A stretch of DNA of 64,000 nucleotides. It comes from Tubulanus polymorphus (Eukaryota > Animalia > Nemertea). This document shows, piece by piece, positions 12,721 to 22,069 of the stretch (position 1 is the stretch's first letter; every line of letters starts with the position of its first letter). Location of the stretch: contig NC_134031.1 in assembly GCF_964204645.1 (NCBI RefSeq), forward strand, positions 4,278,001 through 4,342,000, read 5' to 3'. Made by a program: the position numbers and the translations under genes. The notes below the pieces were generated by a model. That model made no database searches and was not told where the DNA came from. It saw only the letters and a program-made list of their open reading frames with translations.

Positions 12721-13570
12721 AGGACGGATATAAGATCGGACGGAAGGTCTTCTTTGGACGGATTAACTGGACGGGTTGGTTACCTACACTGCAATAGGTA
12801 TCTATTCATTCTACCTTCGAAGAATCCATATCAACCAATAAGAAAGAACATTTGAAATTTGCAAGTAACACCCTTCTTTCTATAGCTGAATGAATCCTTA
12901 AAATAATTGAAATGAATAAACATTTATTCTATGTACGTGGACGGAATAAGATAAATAGGACGGAAATCTAGCACCAATCGATACAACTAACTATATACAT
13001 AATATCTACAGATATTCTTATCACAGAATAGCGCGTTGGACGGATTACGATAAGTCGGGTTTTTCCGGAAGAATCCTGGCCGGACGCTTTCGGAAGATTC
13101 CGGGCAGTGTCGTAGCTTTGAGTGGGCGGAACGCGTAAGGGCTCGTTATGTCCGGATCACGAGAGAGAGGCTCTCGAGTTCCGAACTCGGAAGTTATTCA
13201 TTTCCGTGGGCAGTGATTAAGCTTCTTTCGCGGACGGATCTATTGAAGGGTAATTTGGATGGCAGTTTTTTTCTAAAAAATTTTTTTTGAAATACCCAAA
13301 TTTGTCTAAAAGATTCCAATCATCTTGAAATTTGGGAATTTGAATATTGGACGACCATGCAAAATTAGAACGAGATTATTCAACTGGGTATTTCAATGGC
13401 AGTTTTTGAGTTAAAAGTATAATTTTTCATGAAATAACCCTCAATGGCAGTGATTGGGCTATAGATATATAAGATAAGTCGACTGAGCACTTATCGGCGA
13501 CCTTGGTAGGTGAACCCACCGGAAACACCTAATCGTAACTCAGCGAGATAAGGACGGGCAAGTAAGGGCA
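12721..13570 (-). promoter_or_regulatory. Cluster of miR-184- and miR-34-complementary sites (on a minus-strand RNA)
   Basis: 7x GGACGGA plus 2x GGACGG and 5x GGCAGT(G), all in the same orientation; several also match the miRNA 3' halves. Confidence 0.6.
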
Positions 13571-16418
13571 AAGCCTTCAATACACCACGAGTAATCGAAA
13601 AGTGAATTGCTCGGCTAGAAGTTTTTTTGAAGTAATATTTTTTTTCAGTTTTTTAAAGTTGATTTTGCCCAGTATTGTATTCATATACAAATGTTACGAT
13701 TTGGTAATTGCCCTCTAAATCTGCCTAAATTAATTAGAGATTAACGGTAATAGTTTTTCTACAAAAGACTGGATTCGCCTAAACGGGAAGCATATAAAAT
13801 CTCACCACGATTTTGTTTCGTTTAAAAAACCACCTTTTACCGTATATAACTAATGAAATAATCAATCATTTCAAACTAAACCTGAGCATTGGAGTAAATA
13901 TTGAATACATAGACAAATTAATTACTAATACGTATTTACAATTGCATAAGTACAGCTGCGCAGCTTTCTACAGGCAAAATAACCAACGTTATGGTATTTC
14001 AGATCTGCGAAAGATATGATGTTTTGTTAGGTCTACTAAATGCGCACCGTTGATATAACATTGATATGAATGATATATTGGCGCGCCGAGGTTACACACG
14101 ACATAAAAAAAAAACTAGCAATTGTACTTCGCTTACGCGCAGGCATGAGCCCCCGGAGGTTGAGTTTGTTTTTCAATGTGGATAAAATCATTTATCTTTT
14201 GAAAACCTCTGACCGGGCCCAGTCACATTGCAAACTAATTAAAAACTATCTATCTAACAGTATTTACATATTTTCAGGCCAAGTAAAATAGGATTTTTGC
14301 GAATGATTTACACTCTAATAGAAAGCGTGATAGAATTATTATTTATCGTGATTATAGATTATTCGATATTAATATATGTTTTTCACCACCATTATCCAGG
14401 GCAAGTTTCATTAGCACCTCTGCGATAATAAATTAATATAACGCCTTTATACAAAAGCCATAATGTGTATAGCGAAATTAGAGGTGGTTTCTGAAATTGT
14501 ACCCGAAATTTAATACGTGAATGTTTGCATGACAATAACATATTGTCGTAGACGGGGAAGGGAATTTAGCCGATGGTTTCCTGAGGAAATTTGTCCCGCT
14601 TTTACACACGGTTGAAGGATTCTAGTTACCATGGGCCGAATCGACCTATTGATGCGCTATATTTGATGATGAAGTGTCCACGAATCGTCGCGTGTCAGCG
14701 CACTTTATACCGCGAGAGCTTCAATACAATGGCTGTTTACATGACAAAGATGTATATGAGTTTATACCGTACCGATACTTGAGAAGGTGTAACTATGGGA
14801 ATTGCGAATCGGGGTCGACATAATGACTTGACTCAGCTCGTCGTCTGCCGTCGTCGCCGGGCGCACTTCCTGGTTTTTATTCGGAGGAATATCATTCTCT
14901 CGCCAAATATCCGTGCTTGGTGGAGACGATTTTTTCGATAGTCGTTATTTCGGTTTTTCAGATCAATTCAAAAGAAGGCGACGAGTTTCGTTATGAAAAA
15001 TCTGTAAAGATAACACGTAGAATCGTTATATTTATGTTAAAAGAATGTGACGGAATTCTTCGTTTTCATCCGAAAAAAATATTTACGTAGATTATTTCAA
15101 AATGTTAATTAACAACAATTAATCGACCATTCCCTACGATTGATAATCAATCATGGACTCGTAATTCGAATATTCGTGGGAAATATCTAAGAACAAACAA
15201 TGACAGTCAATAGAAAAACGGGTTTCTTTTAGAAACGAATCATGATTTTGATTTTTGAGCTCAACGTCGTAAATAACGGAACGTATATTGTGATCTCGTC
15301 CGTTCTAGACAAAACCGATCCTTAATGGAACGAAATATTTCTGTTATTGTAAGGTAAACTCCCTATAAAGCATTTCCCATTCATGAAATTACGCCGGCCT
15401 ACAACATAAATCAAACATAATGTTGAATGAACCATGGTAACCGGTGCCCGACTCGCTGCCCAAACTTGAATCACACGTCGCATTCCAAACACTTGAAATT
15501 GTTGAACATGAATAGTACACTATGCCTCAGCAAAAACTCGGACAATTTCTAAGAATATTCAAAATGAAGTGTTTTTACTAGAGCTCTGGGGACAAACGAC
15601 GACATCGACCCTAATCGTGGGGCTCTCAATTTTCCTTTAGTTTTAATTGCACGCTTTATTCAAACTATTTGGAATAAAGTCTATGTTATTTCTTACAAGA
15701 GATGCATTCCGCGATATAAAGGTGCTCAAGCAGAATTAAATTCATCACTATCCTTCGAACATTTCTTTCTAGTTTATCAAGTGATACTATTATCTCTAAT
15801 GAAATTAAAATCATCGGAAACATTTTTGACTATACAACATTCTTTATACTGATTCATACTTTTATGAAAAGTGCACTTTTGATAGAAGTTCAAACGTACC
15901 TTCGGTTTGAATAAAAAATGGTAATAGTTCTTTTTTCGGGAGATGCGAAATCGAACGTCCGTCGGAGCGCATCAGTTGATATTGATTTTGAAAGAGCTTC
16001 GTTAGTAAATCTCAGTACCTGAAACGAAATATATCAAAATCAATTAAGTTGTTGTTCTTTAATCAAGTTCTAAGCTTCTTAGAACCCAGCGTTGAAAATA
16101 AAATGGACAGGATTGACAAATATTCCATCTAAATTGAATTACCGTGCAAAATTAATTTAATCGAAAGTTTATGTTACTTTAACATATAAGAACTGACATT
16201 TACATTTTCGTAAAGGGAATAATTTCCCGTTTGTTATCAGTAAAACAGTTGATATGTACATACCTGGCAAAAACTGAGGTGTTGGTTAGGATCCGGGTTG
16301 AAAACGGCTCCTGTCCCCCGGCAGGTTGATGGACCTGTCACGGGAGACAGGCGAGCCGGCCGTCTGCGCTCGCGACTGGAACGAGTCGTTGTGACACTTA
16401 GACACAGTAGGTCATCAC

Positions 16419-16572
16419 TATTTATATGGGACAGCAACCAAACAGGTTCTGAGCACGCATATTCGAAGTGAGGACTTGTTGCCAAGGGCTTTTGTTGGGT
16501 TAGCGAGAATCCGCAGGGCGCATTGAAAAGGCACGCGTGCTCGGGCGGGAGAGTCTTTAGAATGGTGATTGG
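16419..16572 (-). promoter_or_regulatory. Pol II core promoter (TATAAATA, GC box, CCAAT)
   Basis: Minus-strand TATAAATA at 16426-16419, GGGCGGG at 16543-16549, CCAAT at 16572-16568; splice donor ~160 nt downstream of the TATA. Confidence 0.65.
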
Positions 16573-17785
16573 TAATCGCGTAGATTCGTGCTCCTCGGTA
16601 AATTAAACAGTAAATTAACAACTGCTTTAATTACATTCACCCGTTATGCACATCACGAATGTTTACAATACTCAGCGTTAATTACGCCTTTACGAAAAAA
16701 CTTGCTTCAATCATCCAGCGTTTGCCTGAACAGAGCCCAGAATAGAAAATTAAGATTTGCGGAATCGTTAAGATACGTACGTATAGGATTTTGCCAAAAA
16801 ATCTTAAATCTGTGTTTTCTTAAATTCTCCATTTTCTGCGAGGAAAACCTCACGGAAAAATCGGTGAAAAAAGTTACTAATATACATATGTGAATTATCT
16901 CGGTGAGAAACGAACTCGCAGCAAATTTTGAAAACACATCTTATGTCCCCAGAACGTTTTAATGGTTCAGCTAAAATATATCGCGCCTGTATGAAAATAA
17001 CGAACGCAGTTTATACGAAGATGAAAATATACGCGCACACTAGCGGCTGTTCACGGACATGTATGGAGGGGTCAAAATTGTGCAATTTTTGAGTGGACGC
17101 CTACATTTATAATCGTCAAACGTAACTAGATTTCTCTGCAACGAATGACATCAGTTCATCTATTGTTATAGTATCTACTGAAGACGGGTTAAGGACACTG
17201 TTTGACGGCTGAAGGTTCTCTGTAGTTTTGGAAAAATCCGCTGCCGTTGAACCTATTCGTATTTGGTTCTAACTAGTAGCTGAATTTCGTCGTAAAGAGG
17301 TTCTACTGTACAGATATATACACATGAACCTGACGGCAAAAGTTCGGTTCTAAAGGTAATGATCTTCAGTGACCAGGTTTCGTTGTTCTCATATCAACCT
17401 CATTCCGCGTACTTATTTTCCGCGTCGCCGTTTCGTTGGATGCAAGACCAACAACACATGATTCACATTTTGAAAACTTTTTTATTTCACTCTTACAAAA
17501 TATAGACATTCGAATAAACAATAAACCCAGAAGATATAAAAAACCATATCCCTTAAGCGAGAGATAATGTATATCATTCAATAAATAACTGTATAAATAA
17601 CTGTATAGAAAACCACAACCCGAAGATGACAATTCAAGCAAAATACTAACAAAATACTGAGGTTCACGCATTCTCAATAGTATAAGCAAATAAACAAACT
17701 TCACATTCTCTTTTTTGTTACAAACTTTTAGTACTTGGATTTCTTTAAGCAAGTTTTCTTTTATATATATTCATAACAAGATTCA

Positions 17786-19589
17786 TCATTTGGATTTCTT
17801 GAGTAAAATGTGAAAAAGCGCTGCCAAACCCGCAGCCAAAATGGCCAACAAGGATGAAACGATAAAAACTAATTGCGTGCAATCATTTCCGTAACAATCA
17901 AAATTAGGTAACAATGGTGAGGTAGTTACATTGGAATAAGAGGTCATATTCGCGTAACTAGTTACCACATGTGAATCATAGACTTTACCGTAAATCAACA
18001 CGGTAACGTACAAAACAATAAATTCGACCATTTTCCCAACCCCGAAATGTAACCCCAAATGATCGTTACCGTAGACCTCGGCAAGAATAACGGGAACGAG
18101 GGTATAAGTAATACTGATAGCCGAGCCTAGTAAAATATTACTTATGATTACAGCAGCTAACGAACGCACGAAAAAAACCAGTACGATAAAGCCTAGTGCA
18201 CACATTGTGTAAGCGAACATAACGAATACATCTCTCGCTACACGTTTGAACAGGTAATCGGAAAGTGGACCGATCAAAACACGCATTACGAGTCCCGATA
18301 GGGTGTTAATCAGCACGATAACAGACACGTATTGGACGAGATGCACGGATTTCAACGTAGGTCCGATGTTGGTTACAAACATGGCCATCAGTCCGCCGAT
18401 TATGGAGAACCCCCACACAAGTGCGTGATAACTCGGATATCCTAATACGCTCAGAAAACCGCAAGCCGTCGATTTATTCGTATACGCCTGTTCAGCGGGA
18501 TGGTGCATCGGGCGTACGCGGACTTCCTCGCCGTCGTCGCTGCTATCGGAAGGAGAAACATCGGGAGAACCGGGAATTACACCCGCAGAACCCGGAATAA
18601 CATCGCGTGAACCGGTTTTATCGACTGGCGAACCGATACCGCCCTCATTATCCGTTAATCTTATGTGTTCATCGTTCGTTTCGTCGGGCGGTAACTCGTG
18701 AAAAAATAGCAACGACAAAATTCCCGTCACAGCCCCGAGTATCCACATCAATAAGATATAACCTTGCAGATCTTGTTTCGCTTCGTGTTTCAGGTGTCCA
18801 CGAACGTAGGCGCCGTTGTAGACGGCGGTGAAAACGAACAAACTCAACTGAAACATCGTGTCCATCACAGCAACGACTTTGGCGTTGTGACGGTTCGGAA
18901 AATTCCGGATGTTCGTTAACAACGCGGTTGTGTAGAGGTACGAAAAACCGTGGGCTGAAAAAAAAAGCGAAGATATCTTTGAAAGTATGCAGCATATGAA
19001 CACGGATGTCTTTATAAACGAATAGATGGTTTTTTCTATTTACGCAAACTTGTCAACAATAGGGAAATTCTGTTACCCGGTAATCAAATTTTCACGGAGT
19101 CAAAGACAGGAGCCAACCAGGATGATTTTAACATTGAAGCTTTTATCGAAACTTACTGATTTAGTTCATCCAATAGGTATTGTATTGAAATTATATATTC
19201 TATTAACTGCTTTAGGTTTACTTTAAACGTATCAGCATATACAGATCAAAATCCAGAGTAAACTGAACATTCATCGTAGATGTAAAATTCATTCATTCAC
19301 CGCATCGCACACATTGTGCAGCACATAATCAGTGAAATAAACAACACAAATCGATTATTACGATAGGGCCTACTTCACTTACCTAAAATACAGAAATAAA
19401 ATGCCATCAAGCCGTAGTGCTGCGAATAAAATACTTTCGCGGAGAATGTTGAATAGACAAGTCCGTATCCTAAGGTAACCAGTATGAGACCGATAGCAGA
19501 GGTAATCGTTGGCCCAGTTTTATCGAATATAAAACCAGAAAAAATTTGTGCACCCAATCCAAACATCTGAGCAGTAGATATCATTTCAA
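17786..19589 (-). CDS. Major facilitator superfamily transporter, MCH1/nodulin-like; first exon not located
   Basis: Exons 19383-19589 and 17786-18954. About 11 hydrophobic helices, MFS motif A variants GFIFDKTGP and GPLSDYLFKR, family-typical C-terminal CYGNDC. Confidence 0.8.
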
Positions 19590-19948
19590 CTGAAATGAAA
19601 AAGCAGCTATACTTATATCCATCACCATTATACAACAACATACAAGGAACGATGGTACGGCAATTGGTAATTCTATTTCAAAGGGAAGCAGAGGGAGCAT
19701 TTCATTTGGATTTCAGTATTCTTAATTCGCGGGATAAAGACCAGCCAGGGAGTATGAAACTATCATACACATTCCATTTATTCGTCATTAAGATTTAATC
19801 TAAATAGTGTTGCACTTCTTTATCAAATTGGTAGTGAAGCCCTATTAACGGTCCTAATTATAGCCTGCAATGTACGACACATCAATTAACAATGATGTAA
19901 GCCTAAGGATGTTAGAGCGCATTCTGTGGTGATACTCACGGCCTTGAA

Positions 19949-21098
19949 TAGTTAGTTACCTAATCGTTGGTGGTAAGCTTTTTATAATCGGATGGGCTTA
20001 TACCAACGTTAGGGATGACAAGGACCAAAACATGGTTGAAAAAAGTAACACTTAAATATAAACACAAAAATATACTTTCTATTCACTTCAGTCCACAATT
20101 AATGGCTTTATTTACAAACTAAAACAGGTACCTTTCGAAATAATCCAATTCTATGTATGTTTCGAGTGATTAATCAACATTATTTTGAGAAATTAATTAA
20201 TTTCTCCACAAATTTTGCCATTGGCCGCCATTTCTCTGTATTGCACATGTGGCATGATAAGACAAAGGGAACCTACAAGGATTTATATAAAACTTCCAAG
20301 ACGAAACTAAAATTTTTATTTTTGATGGTTTTCCAACTTATATTTCAAATCTTCGTGTTTTCCAAGATAAATAATGAAATAATAAATTTTGGTAAAAGAA
20401 AAATGGGAATAAGTGTTGATTTCTTAATTTTTCAATTTCGTCCTTACGCTTCGTGAGTTTGTGCTGTTGTCCTGGCCTCAGTCCACAGGTGCCAGCACCT
20501 CCAGTAATTTTCAAAATGGCAGCTGTTGACTGGACGGAAATTTACTCTCACTTTACGGCCGATTTGCACATGGATTAAGATCGTCAGGTGAGGTGTTCAG
20601 TGGCGGATCCAGAGGCATAATATGACTACTGCATTTCGGCAACCGAGTGCCGAAGGCACGAGATGTGCTTTACGAGTGACGAAGGCATGACCTGCCTTCG
20701 GGGGGGTGTGGGGGTCCCCCCCCCAGAAAATTTTGAAAAATTTAAAGGGCTGAGATGACATTTCCTAGGTTTTGGAAGAGAAAAATCCTGTTTTAATATG
20801 GGTACTTTTTTCCAAGGAATCAGCTAAGTCAAAAAGGAAAAATATTGACTACCGCATTAGCGGCAAGTGCGGTAGGCTAAATCCGCCACTGGTGTTATAG
20901 GACAAACTACGAATCTGTTGTACGTCGATTATAGCAAAAATTAGACGGATATCTTAAGAGACAATGAAATGCCAGGCAAATTACTCGTCAGTCAAATTGG
21001 CTGACGAAGATTGCATACAAAAATGACCTTCCCATTCCTGACTGTGGTTTGTGAAAATATCCGATCGTGAAACTAAACCACAGACAGGTTACTGACTA
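19949..21098 (-). mobile_element. Long (1.15 kb) form of a 9-bp-TSD MITE family (Mutator-like)
   Basis: Ends TAGTTAGTTACC / GGTTACTGACTA; TSD GGCCTTGAA at 19940-19948 and 21099-21107; ends match the ~122-bp copies at 24592, 37262 and 37403. Confidence 0.8.
20598..20891. mobile_element. MITE nested in the long 9-bp-TSD element
   Basis: TIR CAGTGGCGGAT / ATCCGCCACTG, flanked by GTGTT on both sides. Confidence 0.75.
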
Positions 21099-21196
21099 GG
21101 CCTTGAATAGACCCATCCCTATGTAAAAACTTTTAATGATCTTCAAGGACTGTTATGAACCCCGCTATTGTACTATTCGGATATGGTGTCCTATCC

Positions 21197-21275
21197 TGTG
21201 GCATGGTGGATAAGGTGTTTGACTCACAACTGAGATGAGAGGTTGAGGCCAAGGGTTCGAATCCTAGTGAAACCA
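21197..21275 (+). mobile_element. tRNA-derived SINE-like head
   Basis: A-box-like TGGCATGGTGG and B-box GGTTCGAATCC (21254-21264); no intact cloverleaf. Confidence 0.5.
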
Positions 21276-22069
21276 TGCATTCAGACAGGACACATATCAG
21301 TGCCGGTCGACTCACTGATTCAACAACAAAATTCCGTAAAAATCTTCAGCATGTTGAAGTTGGCCAGTAATACGTAGAACTAGAACTAGAACTGGTGACC
21401 AATCAATAAATTTTGAATTGAATTAGAATTGTGACGGAGTTTAACGTTAATTACCATTCGTTTGAGTCATACTGAACGTCTTTTTCAGCGCCTGGCTATA
21501 GACGCCGAATACAAAAACACTTCCAGATATAAGTTTTACTATACAGCCCACGGTAAGACCGGTATACCGAAGAATCTTGCGATATTTCGGATTTTTCTTC
21601 AGGTAGGCCGCCATCTTATATCTCCACGCGACCGTGACCTTGTAGTATTTTTAGACGCTGCCTTAACCGCGTCGCCATTTCCTCGATCCTACCACCACGC
21701 ACCGGCATTTTTTCACTGAGCTGGTTTTCAGAGGTTTGTATACGCGAAATTCAGTAATTAATACTCTTAATTAGTAAATTAATCGATTTATTGTATTTAG
21801 GGATGTTTGCAGGGTTTTCTTCAGGCGCTTGGACCTCGATATTAGCCGTCATCGAAACTAATCAATTTTTATTCTTTTTTCTCTTTTTTAGCCTTTCATC
21901 ATGGAAAGGTAGCATCCTTGTTTTATATTTTTTTCTTTTTTTTATATTTTTTTTGCCCGTCCTTGATCAGACGACGTTGAAGGACTGACTGTGTGTGCGC
22001 GTACGTGCGAAAAGCTTCCGATCTCATCATCGCCGCCTCCGAGACTTGAGTGAGCCGCCACCGAGAAAG

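Larger units (their letters stand above)
10100..16400 (-). ncRNA. Candidate spliced long non-coding RNA (multi-miRNA-site and hairpin-array transcript); 3' end uncertain
   Basis: TATA/GC/CCAAT promoter at 16419-16572. Exon 1 ~16395-16264 (CAG|GTATGT), exon 2 16018-15900 (TTTCAG| ... AAG|GTACGT), exon 3 acceptor at 15001 (TTTACAG|). No long ORF. Downstream miRNA-complementary sites and most G-U-containing hairpins point to a minus-strand RNA. Minus-strand AATAAA near 10103-10138, although others lie upstream. Confidence 0.55.

Noticed and set aside
12721-13570. Plus-strand miR-184 gene cluster, or Helitron (GGAC)n microsatellite
   Set aside because: The matches are not in evident pre-miRNA hairpins and differ centrally from mature miR-184. 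They are dispersed with unique flanks, unlike the tandem GGAC tracts at ~51830 and ~53240.
13467-13628. Plus-strand Pol III small RNA (TATA, hairpins, T7 run)
   Set aside because: No match to U6, 7SK, Y, vault or SRP RNA and no recognisable PSE or A/B box. The region is better explained as part of the minus-strand site cluster, though this is not fully excluded.
16236-16600. Telomerase RNA (CTAACCC and a terminal ACA on the minus strand)
   Set aside because: The template reads CTAACCCAAC, not CTAACCCTAA, and no pseudoknot follows it. TATA/CCAAT boxes plus a splice donor explain the region better.
20010-21121. hAT element defined by TAGGGATG / CATCCCTA
   Set aside because: Only an 8-bp match, no TSD, and it would cross the boundary of the 9-bp-TSD element.
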